A stretch of 64,000 nt of DNA from Squalus acanthias (Eukaryota): NCBI GenBank assembly GCA_030390025.1, contig CM059425.1:167154001-167218000 (forward strand), in the 5' to 3' direction. A program made the position numbers and the translations under genes. The notes below the pieces were generated by a model that was not told the origin of the DNA, searched no databases, and worked only from the letters and a program-made list of their open reading frames with translations. Position 1 is the stretch's first letter. Every line of letters begins with the position of its first letter. This document shows, piece after piece, positions 1-12,789 of this stretch.

Positions 1-2
1 TC

Positions 3-217
3 AGAATCATCGTTGTTTGTTGCGCGCTGCACAATACAGTGCAGCAGCGAGGATTGGAGCTGCAGGAGGAGCAAGGCACAGAGCGCACAGCCTCTTCAGA
101 GGAGGAGGAGGAGCAGGTGGAAGATGAGGAGGATGAGGAGGAACCTGAGGTGGAGATGGCACCAGCAGAGGTGCACATTGCTGCCCGGAGGCCCTCATCA
201 TGGCCAGATTTACTTAA
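3..217 (+). pseudogene. C-terminal fragment of Harbinger DDE transposase
   Basis: Frame from nt 3 reads RIIVVCCALHNTVQQRG followed by an acidic tract, matching FVVVCCMLHN plus poly-E in the 386-aa transposase. A 1-nt frameshift precedes ALIMARFT-stop (TAA 215-217). Confidence 0.8.
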
Positions 218-1987
218 CTTGCTCCAATGCACCCATATAGCTGCCACATGCTGGACTACGTTTCCCACCCCCAACTACACCATAAAGCATCCCTACAATG
301 ACCAAGCCATTGCTCCCACCCAAACCCCCACTGCTTGAGGTTAAGTAATGTCTTACCATTCACTCCTAGTGACAAAGCCACTTCCAAGGTAGCAGGCATC
401 TACTTTTATATCTTTTTTCTTTTCCGAGTGCTTCTGCGAGGTGCAACCCCTGGGGCTTCAGCAGAAGTAGTTGCAGACTGCTCACTTCCCTGCTGCGACT
501 GCTTAGACACTTTTAGCAGACGTCCTCTGGGCTTTGGAGCCTGTGAGAGCCCCGCCAAAGACTGGTCCTCCTGCAACTGTGCAGGGGCAGACTCGGCCAT
601 CAGGATCTGAGGAAGCATCTGGGGCGCTGACTGAGGGGGAGGCAATGAGGGAGAAGTGGGAGAGCTTTGAGAAGAGCCCACACTTCCATGTCCCCTCTCA
701 CCATCATCCCTCTCATGGGCCACCCGCACTTCCCTGCCAGCAAGGAGCTGGAGAGCATCTTGCTGCACATCACTGGGGCAATGAAGGCCCAAGTTTACGT
801 TTACATCCCTCTAAAGGAGGTCTATGAGCGTCTGCCATCTGTTGGCCACAGCTAGCATGTGCTCATGTGACTGGCGCATTTGCTGCTCTATGCAGGTGGC
901 CATCCTTTCCATGGAACAGCACATCATCGCCATCACCTGCGCCATGGTGGCGCTCATGTTGGAGATGGACTCCTCAATTCTCTGCACATTTGCAAAAGCT
1001 GCCCGAGCCTCATGTAATTGTAGTTGACTCTCCAAGGTCATCCTCTTTGTCGATGGCCCCCGAGGCTCAGTGTCTGCATGCAACTCAGCATAGCTTGGAG
1101 CGTCCTGCTCCCTCCAGCGAGGAGTCTCCACTGCAGTCCCTGTCAACTCCATCTGCTCCTGCTCACTTGTGAAGTGTGAGACACCAGGTGACAACACTAC
1201 TCTATGTCTCGCTGGACCCTCTAAGGTGTGCGTATCTGCGCTGATGCTGGGTGCACTTGGGTTTGCTGACGCTGCACCCTCAGAGGCTGGAGCTTCCTCT
1301 GAGGAGTCGTCTTCCTCCTCTGGCTGGACTGTGGGGCGGGGGGGTTGGGCACTTGATGGACCTGTGCGAGAGTAAAGAGATGAATTAGAAGTGTTACATT
1401 AAGAATGGGTAACGTTACCATTATGCACATAATGAAAATTCACTGGCTGCTGACAACATCAGTTAGCATATGAGTGAATGTTGTATGCCATGTGGCTGTA
1501 TGAGATATGATTCTGTCACCAAGTTGCTGGGTTGTCCCCCTCTCTCCATCTCCCACCGCCAGCAGCTCTACAACTCGCGTTATCGCCAGGGCCCCCTCCT
1601 CTGCTGGAGTCAGTTGCGTGTCTCCCACGTGTTCTGGGCTCTTTTCTCCTGCAAGGAGGGAAAGAAGAGAACTTTGAGTGAGAGTGATGGAATGAGTGTA
1701 AGGAATGGATAGGTTACATCTGTAGAGGTTGACTATGAGGGAGTGGGGTGCCAATGCCAAATGGCCTCCTATTGTGGTGTTACTTGCTATGATTGGATTA
1801 GGATGAGGGAGAGTGTGAGGGGCGGTTAGTCAGATGGGGATGTGAGTATGTACATAGAGAGAGAGGGATGGGTGGACGTGGAAGTTATATTGTTGTGAGG
1901 AATGATGTGCAGGAGTAGGCTTGGGAAGGCAGAGTGATGGGGATGTGGTGACAGGCACATCAACAACAACAACAATAACTTGGATTT

Positions 1988-4680
1988 ATAGAAACATAGA
2001 ACATAGAAACATAGTAGATAGGAGCAGGAGTAGGCCATTCGGCCCCTCGAGCCTGTTCCGCCATTCAATGAGATCATGGCTGATCATCCAAATTCATTAC
2101 CCTGTCCCTGCTTTCTCCCCATATCCCTTGATCCCTTTAGCCTTAAGAAATATATCTAACTCCTTCTTGAATATATTTAATGAATTGGCCTCAACTGCCT
2201 TCTGTGGTAGAGAATTCCACAGGTTCACCACTCTCTGGGTGAAGAAATTCCTCCCCATCTCAGTCCTAAATGGCCTACCCCTTATCCTTAGACTGTGACC
2301 CCTGGTTTTGGACTCCCCCGCCATCGGGAACATCCTTCCTGCATCTAGTCTGTCTAGTCCTGTTAGAATTATATAAGTTTCAATGAGATCCCCTCTCATT
2401 CTTCTAAACTCTAGCAAATATAAGCCTAATCGACCCAATCTCTCTTCATACATCATTCCTGCCATCCCAGGTATCAGTCTGGTGAATCTTCGCTGCACTC
2501 CCTCCATGGCAAGAACATCCTTCCTCAGATAAGGCGGCCAAAACTGCACACAATACTCAAGGTGTGGTCTCACCAAGGCCCTGTACAACTGCAGCAAGAC
2601 ATCCTTGCTCCTGTACTCGAATCCTCTCGCTATGAAGGCCAACATACCATTTGCCTTCTTAACCGCCTGCTGCACCTGCATGCTTACCTTCAGCGGCTGG
2701 TGCACAAGGACTCCCAGGTCTCGTTGCACTTCCACTTTTCCCAATCTATTGCCGTTCAGATAATAATCTGTCTTCCTGTTTTTGCCACCAAAGTGGATAA
2801 CCTCGCATTTATCCACATTATACTGCATCTGCCATGCTTCTGCCCAATCACCCAACCTGTCCAAATCATACTGGAGTTTCTCTGCATCCTCCTCACAGCA
2901 CACACGCCCACCCAGCTTTGTGTCATCTGCAAACTTGGAGTTATTACATCTAGTTCCCTCGTCTAGATCATTAATATATATTGTGAATAACTGGGGTCCT
3001 AGCACCGATCCCTGCGGTACCCCACTAGTCACTGCCTGCCACTCGGAAAAAGACTCGTTTGTTCCAACTCTTTGCTTCCTGTCTGCCAACCAGTTCTCTA
3101 TCCAAGTCAGTACCTTACCCCCAATCCCATGTGCTTTAACTTTGCATGCTAATCTCTTATGCGGGACCTTATCGAAAGCCTTCTGAAAGTCCAAATATAC
3201 CACATCCACTGGTTCTCCCTTATCTAATCTACCAGTTACATCCTCAAAAAATTCCAGTAGATTAGTCAAGCATGATTGACCTTTTGTAAATCCATGTTGA
3301 CTTTGTCTGATCCTGTCACTGTTTTCCAAGTGCTCTGCTATTACATCTTTTATAATGGACTCGAGCATTTTCCCCACTACCGATATCAGGCTTACCGGTC
3401 TATAATTCCCCGTTTTCTCTCTACCACCTTTTTTAAATCGTGGGGTTACATTAGCTACCCTCCAATCCATGGGAACTGTTCCAGAGTCTATAGAATTTTG
3501 GAAGATGGCCAGCAATGCATCTACTATTTCTAGGGCCACTTCCTTAAGTACCCTAGGATGCAGATTATCAGGCCCTGGGGATTTATCAGCCTTCAATCCC
3601 ATCAAATTCCCTAACACCATTTCCCTACAAATACTGATTTCATTCAATTCCTCCCTCTCATTAGACCCTATATTCCTCGACATCTCTGGGAGGTTATTTG
3701 TGTCCTCCTTTGTGAAGACAGAACCAAAGTATGTATTTAATTGGTCTGCCATTTCTTTGTTCCCCATTATAAATTCCCCTGATTCTGACGGCAAGGGACC
3801 TACACTTGACTTCACCAATCTTTTTCTCTATACATATCTATAGAAGCTTTTACAGTCAGTTTTTATGTTCCTTGCAAGCTTACTCTCATATTCTATTTCC
3901 CCCTCTTAATGAATCCCTTTGTCCTCCTTTGCTGAATCCTAAACTGTTCCCAATTCTCAGGTTTGCTGCTTTTTCTGGCCAATTTATATGTCCTCTCCTT
4001 GGATCTTATGCTATCCCTAATTTTCCTTGTTAGCCACGGTTGAGTTACCTTTTTTGTTTTATTTTTATGCCAAACAGGGATGAACAAATTCTGTAGTTCA
4101 TCCATGCGATCTTTAAATGTTTGCCATTGCCTATCCACCGTCAACCCTTTAAGTAACGCTCCCCAATCCATCCTAACCAACTCGCGCCTCATACTATCAT
4201 AGTTTCCTTTATTTAAATTCAGGACCCTAGTCTCTGAGTCAACTACTTCACTCTCCATCTTAATGAAGAATTCTATCATATTATGATCACTCCTCCCCAA
4301 GGGGCCTCGCACAACAAGATTGCTAATTAATCCTTTCTCATTACATAATACCCAGTCTAAGATGGCCTGATCTCTAGTTGGTTCCTCGACATATTTGTCC
4401 AGGAAACCATCCCGTATACTCTCTAGGAATTTCTCCTCCACAGTATTGTTACTAATTTGGTTAGCCCAATCTATATGTAGATTAAAGTCACTCATGATAA
4501 CTGCTGTGCCCTTATTGCACACATCTCTAATTTCCCATTTAATGCCATCCCCAACCTCAGCATTACTGTTTGGGGGTCTGTATATAACTCCCACTAATGT
4601 TTTCTGCCCCTTTGTATTTCTCAGCTCTACCCATACAGATTCCACATCATCAGAGCTAATATCCTTCCTTACTATTGTGT
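1988..4680 (-). mobile_element. CR1 LINE, 5'-truncated
   Basis: APE endonuclease remnant (VGVIYRPPNS, SDHN) at 3893-4676, RT ORF at 2097-3818, and an (ATAGAAAC)-type 3' tail at ~1988-2014. Confidence 0.95.
2097..3818 (-). CDS. CR1 ORF2 reverse transcriptase portion (573 aa open stretch of a truncated copy)
   Basis: NYRPVSL, YLDFQKAFDKVPH, GVPQGSVLGP and FADD motifs. Separated from the endonuclease part by a frame break near 3820-3900. Confidence 0.9.
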   Translation of the reverse strand: MVKSSVGPLPSESGEFIMGNKEMADQLNTYFGSVFTKEDTNNLPEMSRNIGSNEREELNEISICREMVLGNLMGLKADKSPGPDNLHPRVLKEVALEIVDALLAIFQNSIDSGTVPMDWRVANVTPRFKKGGREKTGNYRPVSLISVVGKMLESIIKDVIAEHLENSDRIRQSQHGFTKGQSCLTNLLEFFEDVTGRLDKGEPVDVVYLDFQKAFDKVPHKRLACKVKAHGIGGKVLTWIENWLADRKQRVGTNESFSEWQAVTSGVPQGSVLGPQLFTIYINDLDEGTRCNNSKFADDTKLGGRVCCEEDAEKLQYDLDRLGDWAEAWQMQYNVDKCEVIHFGGKNRKTDYYLNGNRLGKVEVQRDLGVLVHQPLKVSMQVQQAVKKANGMLAFIARGFEYRSKDVLLQLYRALVRPHLEYCVQFWPPYLRKDVLAMEGVQRRFTRLIPGMAGMMYEERLGRLGLYLLEFRRMRGDLIETYIILTGLDRLDAGRMFPMAGESKTRGHSLRIRGRPFRTEMGRNFFTQRVVNLWNSLPQKAVEANSLNIFKKELDIFLKAKGIKGYGEKAGTG

Positions 4681-6799
4681 TATATAGCAGCTTTAATGTA
4701 GTAAAACATCCCAAGGCGCTGCACAGGAGTATTTTAAGACAAAAAATTTGACACCGATCCACATAAGGATAAATTAGGGCAGGTGACCAAAAGCTTGGTC
4801 AAAGAGGTAGGTTTTAAGGAGCATCTTAAAGGAGGAAAGAGAGGTAGCGAGGCGGACAGGTTTAGGCAGGGAATTCCAGAGCTTAGGGCCTAGGCAACAG
4901 AAGGCACGGCCACCAAAGGTTGACCGATTATAATCAGGGATCCTCAAGAGGGCAGAATTAGAGGAGCGCAGATATCTCGGGGGGTTGTGGGGCTGAAGGA
5001 GATTACAGAGATAAGAAGGGGAGAGGCCATGGAGGGATTTGAAAACATACATCAGGATGAAGGTAAATGTGGCATTGCACTCACCTTTCCTGAACTCATG
5101 AGATCATTGAATCATTTCCTGCACTGGATCCACATCCTCCTGACAACATCCCTGCTGCTGACCTCCTCTGCTATCTTCAACCAGGCTCTTTTGCTGTCTT
5201 TGAGAGGTCTCTTGCGCCTATCTGCAGGGAACAGGAGCTCACTGCTTCCACCAGAATATGCAGGGATGATCACCAAATCTGGGTGCAGCCCTCTGCCTTT
5301 GTGTATCCATCATTTAATGTTTGGGACAGTACTCAGACATTTCTATTTGACCTTGCACACTCCTTCAACAACCTTCAAATAAGTTGTGTGCAAGGCTGCT
5401 TTAAATATTGGCTCTGGAAACGAGTCATCGATGATGTCATCAGACCCGCTCCATTTAATTGGGCCGGGAAATGCGAATGACTGCTTTAAGTGGGGCCATT
5501 AAGTTAAAGTCGCACTGAACAAAGCGCTGAGCAAAACATTGTGTTCCTGACCCGTTACGCGGCCCGCACGTACCCAACCCGACTCCAAGGTAAAGATTCC
5601 GGACAGGGATAGAACAGAATTAATTTTAAAGCCACATCATGATCTGCTGTCAGACTCCAGCTAAAGAAAAAGAACTTGCATTTATACAACACCTTTCACA
5701 AACTCAGGACGTCTCAAACAGCCAATGAAGTACTTTTGAAATGTAATCACTGTTATAATGTAGGAAAGCTTTTCCTATGCCATCCTCTATGGCCAGTTTC
5801 CTTTGATTTTAGGTACTCACGCAGTCCTGATGTAAGCACACTACATGCAGGTAAACCTACACTTTTAATTTATGGCAACTGGTCATTACATTGTAAAAGA
5901 AAGAAATATTTCAAAACTTGAAATCATATTCAATCTCACACAGAAAGCCATTGTGCAAGCCCAATTTGCCGTGTCTTGTTCAGGGTAATTACAGACATAT
6001 TATAGCTTTTGCATATTTTATTTATTTTTCCTTTGAGAACCCAAATTTATAGTGTAGAAGGTGATGTACAATTTATACAGCTACTAAAATATAAATGAAT
6101 CAAAGAAAAACAGTGCACATATAAAGTTACGTTTTACATGAAGGAGAGGAATAAAACATAGTTATAGACTTTATATTTTCCTCTGTTCACTGATCTTAGC
6201 AAAAACAAAATAGATAAGTATGAACTGTGAACACTTTTATAATTATTTTACTTTAATGCTGAAAATATCAAAGTAAGTAATTATTGGTCTGCTGTTGCCC
6301 AAGTCAACAGTCGCTTGAATTCAAATATTAAAGTATTTGAGGATAACTTAGCTCAACCTTTGAAGCAATTTGTTTTATTCCCTTTGGAATATAAATCATC
6401 ATTAGGTGATTCAAGTAGGATCCCCTCTTTCAAGAATGAGTGGAAGAATAATTTCTCTGAATCAGCATTCATGTCAGCTTAGTCTGACAACCTTTTTCAA
6501 AGATTCATAATTAAGCAGACATAGAACGATAGATAGGATAGTATATTACCAAGATAACCTTCAAATATTCGATATGCATAGCCAAGTATTGTTTCTGCGT
6601 GACACTAAGATATTTTAGAGCAAACTAATTTGCTTTTAATATGGCACCAATGTTATAATGCTTGCTACATAATATTGAAGATAAAGGCACTCTGGACATT
6701 TTTGTTGCATTTATTGCATATATTTATTTACTGCTAAGCCATCAATGTCAGTTATTTTGATTCAGTGTATTTTAACTTACATCCAGCGCTGGCTAATTG

Positions 6800-7420
6800 G
6801 CTCCCTGCGATTCCCACCCACCCAAGTTGCTGCTGCTCTTACTTGGTTCTGCTCCTATTTGTCCCAAAGTAGCCAGCACATCTGAAATGGTGTTTCCTTC
6901 TGTACCCATGTAGTCACCTCTCACATGCCCTATGCTTCCATCCTTGGGTAACTCCCCTTCCCTGTTTACATGCTGCCTTTCAGCAACATCTTCTGTAAGC
7001 ATAGAATCAGTTTCTCTACGTATGCTGACAATACCCAGCTTTATCCTTTCTGTCACCATCGATTGCTGCCTGACTGCTACCCAATATGAGCCACAACTTT
7101 CTTCAGTGTAACATTCACAGGACTGAAACCATCCACTTCGGCACGTACCCAAAGTTCCGGTCCCAGCCCACAATTACATTCCCATCTCCAACTCTTCTTT
7201 CAGTCTGAACCTGACAGAGTGCAGTTGTAGTGTCTTTTTGTCCTGAGATGATCTTAAGAGCCACATCCAATCCATCACCTTCTCGTGGTGCCAACTTACC
7301 GCCTCCAACTCGACTTCATCCCCATTGCTTCTCATTTACACCTTTGTCATCTCCAATCTCGAATTCTCCAACACTCTCCAGGTTCAATTCCCCAGCCAGC
7401 TGCATGCTGAAATTTAAGTT
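6800..7420 (+). mobile_element. Old L2-type LINE RT fragment
   Basis: TATGCTGACAATACCCAGCTTTAT (YADNTQLY) at ~7021 resembles the L2 YADDTQLY motif. Heavily degraded. Confidence 0.55.
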
Positions 7421-7759
7421 CTGAGTCAGAGGATACACTGTTTTATAACAGTAAGGGTGTTGTCATGAAGTGCATAATGTATTATCAGGACCACTAATTT
7501 AGGATGACTAAATAAGTCAAATTCCATTTTAATTACATGGTAATTCTAACTATTATTCTCTGAAAATCATCAATTATTTTATTCTATATAGCTAAGGATG
7601 CATAGTACTATTCTATGCAAGATGTATCAGGTTTGAGGTATATATTTGTACCTGGATTTTTTTAATTTCATAATGGCTTTCTCCATTAAATTTCCCAGCA
7701 TGTTGAAATCAGAGAGAAAAGCCTCTTGGAGATTGGAACCCAAGGCCTTTATAGCAGAA

Positions 7760-8220
7760 GCTTTTGGTCACAAGGGGAATCAAGGGATACAGGGATCAGG
7801 CGGGAAAGTGGAGTTGCGGTAAAAGATCAGCCATGATCTTATTGAGGGGTCGTATGACCTACTCCTATTTCTTAGGTTCTCATGTTCTAAGTCTGAGCCT
7901 TCATACACAGGTTAGAAGATTGAGCAGATAGATGTCAGATAAAATTTAATATGAAGAAATGAGAGGTAATACATTTTTGGAGGAAAGATGAGGAGAAGGT
8001 ATATACACAAAATGATAAAACTTTAAAAGGAGTAGAGGCGCAGGCAAACATAGAGGTCCAGATACACAAATCTTTAAAAATGGAAGGACATGCTGATAAA
8101 GTTGTTAAAAAAAAGCTTATTGAAACCTAGATTTTATAAATAGGGGTATAGAGTACAAAAGCAAAGAGGTAATGCTAAAACTTTACAAATCGTTGGTTAG
8201 ACCACAGTTAGAATATTGGG
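7760..8220 (+). mobile_element. Old CR1 fragments (3' end plus RT C-terminal piece)
   Basis: GGAATCAAGGGATAC...GGAAAGTGG 3'-end motif, and ATAGAGTACAAAAGCAAAGAGG (IEYKSKE) as in the other CR1 copies. Confidence 0.6.
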
Positions 8221-11149
8221 AGCGATTTTCACCCTAATGGAAATGGGGCGGGGGACAGTTAAAATCGCCCAGGTTATTTACCCACCAAAAAGCCAGTGTT
8301 AGAAGCACCTGCGTGGATGAACTCAGCCTTATACTTGAAATTGGAGCAAAGGCTGGAGGAAATGGAGGAAGGGTTTCAGGAGGTGGTTTGTGATGGAGTA
8401 AAGCCTAAATTATCCTGGGTTTTACAGCAGCCGTTTGGGAGGGTACCCCTCAGAGCCAAAAATGACAACACTCTTTTACTGAACCGCTCAGCTTCAGTTC
8501 CAGGTCTCTGTCAGTGAAGGAACAGTCCACCCTCTGCCCTGGTCGCTGTCACATCCCTCTGCCATCTCAGTGCTGAATGTGAGATGTTTCTAGCCGTAAT
8601 CCTTCCTCCAGTTAAAAAAACTGGTCAGCTCTTCTTCAAGGCTCAATAGCAGTTATTTAAATCTACTGCTGTGCCAGATTTCCCATGCCCAAGGCAAAGA
8701 CATTCCCTATACAATGTCCAATCAGTGCAAGAAATGGGGTACTAATATTGTAATAAGTAGACCTTGCAATATATAAACGAGTGACTGATGCACTGATCAC
8801 CATGGCCACCACTTTCATCTTCTTTCCCACTGAATAGAAACAGCAGTATGACTTGCTTACTCAATGCCATCACCTTGCTGCATTTCCCAAAACAGAGAGG
8901 TAATAGACTGCTGCTATGGCACCATCTTTAGCCCATTCTAAGTGTCAGTAATTGACCCTGCATTACACAGGTAGGTCATGTCACAACAATTTTACGTGTG
9001 AAATGCTTTGAAGGTGTGAGTGTGCCAATGGTGTCAGTTGTAAGTTGCAACTTAAATGTGTGCCCTACTGGAGTATAGGCATACATGATAAGCAATTAAA
9101 AAGCTATAAGATTACGTGAGGGCTTGGATCAACCAGAATGTGACAGGTCACACTATGGTGTCATGTAAATTTGGGCCACGCACCTGTTCAATGGTACTGT
9201 TGGGTACTCTCACCTTGGCAGCTTCCATAAGGTATATACAGTGGTCCTCTGGGAAAGGTAACCTGAAGTGCCGAACAGGACAACCCTCCTCGTACCCACC
9301 TCTTGTAGCAACACCTCCACTTCACCCGCCATCAAACAGCTCAGCTTTGGGTGCTGCATGAATTCATCACTTGGCCACAGACTCCATTTCCTTTTTCCAT
9401 ATTTATTTTGCTATCCCTTCAGTTTTGACAGCCATTTTCTTTGCCCCATCCAGCCTTGGGAAAGGCTGACACATTTCTTTTCCTCCATGCAGACACTTAT
9501 CTCTAAATATCCATAGCCCTTTAAATTTTCCTTGCAACCCTTTAAGGGCCATTCATGTTTGCACCTTACTTCCTTCTCCCCATCCCTTTGGCAAGCTCCC
9601 AGTGCCAGGCTCAATATGGGTGAGAGGTCATCAGAAATAAATTGTTAGGGTCAACTTCAGGAAATACTAACACAATATTGGAAAGTGCTAAGCTTGCTGT
9701 TCCATGGTCTCACTATTTTAGCACCCATATCAGGACATTCACCTTGCCATGTCCATAGTGGCAATGTGTTCTATTCCCCAGCACTACCACCCCTCTCCAA
9801 GATAAGCACAAAATTCCACCATCTGTTTCCTAAATGAAAAAAATAGATAAATATTAGAGCAATCTGATATTTTCCTGATATGCACGCACCAAAGCATTAT
9901 TCATTTCCATGGCTTTGGATCTATGGCATCCTTACCAAACTAAAAAAAATAGATGTTATTTTATGATACATAATAGTGTTCCACAGATAGGAAGACATAT
10001 TCACTGCACATAACATCTACTGCCTTGTACAAATAATCCTTGTAGACTGTTATTTTATCAATAATGCAGGTAATCTTATTCATGTTGTATTTTATTAGTT
10101 CCAGTAGAAACAAAATTCCATCTGTGACCTGTGTTAGCAAGAAACAATCAAACAACTTATAGAATTATTGTATTATAAAATGAGTAAAAGTCACGAGCAG
10201 GAATTTAATTTACAGTTCTGTACACAGCACCTTCAATGCTATTGTGCGCGCTAACAAGTGCACTCTGGCTTTATTAGCAGATACATCCAAAGTATGATTT
10301 CTGATTTGGATAAAACCATTATTGGTAGTGCTTTGTAGTAAAATAATGACCAAAACTTTCTTTGGAACTGTTCTCACTCCACTGCTGTAACTTTGCCTGA
10401 GGTATGGCAGAAGCCTCGTTCACACGGCTGGTTAGGCCGCATGGAAACCTGATCATCCTGAACTCAGCAGGCCCGATGCTTGCCGTTTTTGTTTTTTTCA
10501 GATGCTGATGGAGTTGCTGTGTATTTCCAGCCATTTCTATTTTTATTCATGGACTCTACCCAACCCATTTAAGTTTGTTGTGAAGTTTCTCTCTACTGCC
10601 TAAAAAGAAATTAAGTGGATTTGCAGAATATCTATCTAAGCTCACATATTGTGTTATAGGGCTGACTCCACACTCTTGTACTCCTGGCAGGAAACACATT
10701 GTAGGAAATTCTGGGAGCACAGCCCGTGATTTTCTGATCAAATGGGTTTAAAATCATCGGCTATACACTCACGATTTCCTATGACGCATTCCCAGCGAGT
10801 GTCACTCCCTGCTGGGAATGCAGAATCAGTCTTTATGTATCCTTGACCAATTGATTTCTTTAACCAGATATTTATTCAGCTCTTTCTTTTTTCATTTCTC
10901 CCCTAATTTCTCTCCTCTTCTCTTGAAAGCACTGACTCTTATTGGCATAGAGTTCCAAAGATATCACCAACCTTAAACCCAAGTGACCATTCTTCATGTA
11001 TAAACTTTGACAGTGAGTATTTCAAGACCAGATGGCGATCGGCGACAGCCTCTTTGCATTTTTTCTAGAGAGGGTCAGCCCCCCACCCCCCATCCCTGGA
11101 GTAGTTAACTAGTTGTGGCTGCTGGCGAACATTATAGCAAAACTTTACG

Positions 11150-11355
11150 CTCTTCTCACACAGCATCTACACAAGGCACTTTATAGCAGGGAGTTGAGAA
11201 TGGGATTTCTGCCTGAGTCCAGGAGTGCTAAGATCAATTGTTGTGCCTCTACTGCTGCCCCAGCTAAGATCAGCATATTCAATATAGAATGGGTATTCTG
11301 GCCTGTTTGGGTCTGTGTTACACCAATTGGTCCCTTTACCCAATTGGTCATCGTG
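11150..11355 (-). mobile_element. Ancient tRNA-derived SINE-like remnant, family uncertain
   Basis: GCTGCCCCAGCTAAGATCAGC segment resembles old vertebrate SINE bodies. Recognised by eye only. Confidence 0.3.
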
Positions 11356-12789
11356 GGTGCGAGCCAACTCTTTTAAAGCTGTTACTCAGTCTAATTTAAT
11401 TGCTTTTGCTAGGTGAGTATTTCATGAATCTACTGCATAGTGGGGGGGAAATCCTGCCAAGCTCCGATTTGTTTGAAGCTGGGTTTTTTTTTCAGGTCCT
11501 TCAAGTATTTTTGGAATGTTTATGAGAAATCTAGTATTTTGTAATATTGTGGATTTGATGCACAAGATTTGCAAAGGAAGAGCCAGGGATGCACTGCAAG
11601 AGGAACAATAACTTTATTGTTTATCTGTCAATTAATGTCCACAGTAATTGTATGATTACAGTCTCAAGGTTTCCAGCAGTTACACTTGTTATTCTTCCTT
11701 CACCAAGGCTAAGCACACTACACTCTCATCAAGGGAACAGAACTCAAGGTTATAATTATCTAGAACATCATATAACTGAAGTAAGTAATGAATCAGTTTT
11801 TATTTGAACTATTAATATTTCATCTAACTGTAATACAAATCCCTTTGGTCAAAATTTTTGATAATATTCTCTGTGTGGGTAAATGGATTCTGTTCAACTC
11901 TACAAATACTGTGAAGTTGTCAAAGCATTTTAAAAGGTGAAATATATAACTTTAAATTGGCACACTCTCACTGTTAATGAATATATATCTTCCCTCTGGT
12001 ATTTTGCTCAATTAAAATTTTTCACTATCCTTTGTATAGATCAAACAAGCTCAAGTGCATGTTTGGTGGGAGATGCTTAAGATATCATCAAGGCTTCCCA
12101 CGTCTCAAGGGATTAATCTTTTCTAATCTGCACAGAATCTATCATCTTCATGCAACATCTTGACAACCACAAGTACAGCTTTCCATAATGATGGCTCCTT
12201 TATTATATTCGGTTTAACTATCTCTTACGCATATATCCTTAGTATTCTTTTGTGGAATGGAGGAACAGGAGCATCATATCTCCGGACTGAAGTCGCATTG
12301 CATTCAAAAATGACTTTGAAGCTTGCTGACTGACTGATGCCACCACAGTTGCTGACAATAATCCAGAAAGTGAGCACAGCGGTCACCTTCACTACACTCA
12401 CAGCGTGTCATTTGTTCAGCTCAGCGGTCCAGATTCTATGCTAGCTTTTCGGCGAGATCATAAAATCGTTGCTCATTAACTCCAAAAAACAGTAAATGTC
12501 AGGCCAATCTACTAGACCTATGTGACTTCTGTAAATCGTAAGGGATTCCTCACTTCCATCAACAAACACAACTATCCCTATACTACAATTATCTGTCAAC
12601 TGTTGTAAAATCAATAAAACAACTCATAAGTGTTAGTTGTTTCCAGTCTGCACCATTACTTATGCTGCTTCTAAGTGGGTATAAACAGTGACACAGAATA
12701 TTGACACTTTAAGTTACAAAAGTATTTTGGAATAAAATGGCCTCTTAAAAGCATAATGTACTGAAGTGACTCATTTGCACATGGACAAA

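Larger units (their letters stand above)
1960..5048 (-). mobile_element. L2-type LINE 3' fragment, split by CR1 (pieces ~1960-1988 and ~4681-5048)
   Basis: ORF 4774-5052 (SLHGLSPSYL...GGRAFCCLGPKLWNSLP...LKTYLF) is an L2 ORF2 C-terminus. The (CAA)n tail and ACTTGGATTTATA at 1960-1990 continue as TATATAGC...TTTAATGTAGTAAAAC at 4681. Confidence 0.8.
406..5310 (-). pseudogene. Harbinger Myb/SANT-like gene remnant (exon 1 ~5085-5310, exon 2 ending near 1648, exon 3 ~406-1360)
   Basis: Exon 1 reads ...AWLKIAEEVSSRDVVRRMWIQCRK*FNDLMSSGK then gtgagt. Exon 2 follows a cttgcag acceptor. Exon 3 ends ...PRRSTRKRKKI. Stops and frameshifts are present. Confidence 0.65.
1..5605. mobile_element. Decayed PIF/Harbinger DNA transposon (left part outside window), interrupted by nested L2 and CR1 insertions
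   Basis: Transposase C-terminus on + at the window start, and convergent Myb/SANT-like exons on - at 406-1650 and ~5085-5310. Same tail-to-tail layout as the intact copy at 33218-37499. Right boundary approximate. Confidence 0.75.

Noticed and set aside
6961..6975. CCTGTTTACATGCTG identical to the TSD at 29355
   Set aside because: It lies inside an old L2 RT fragment with no insertion there; treated as coincidence.
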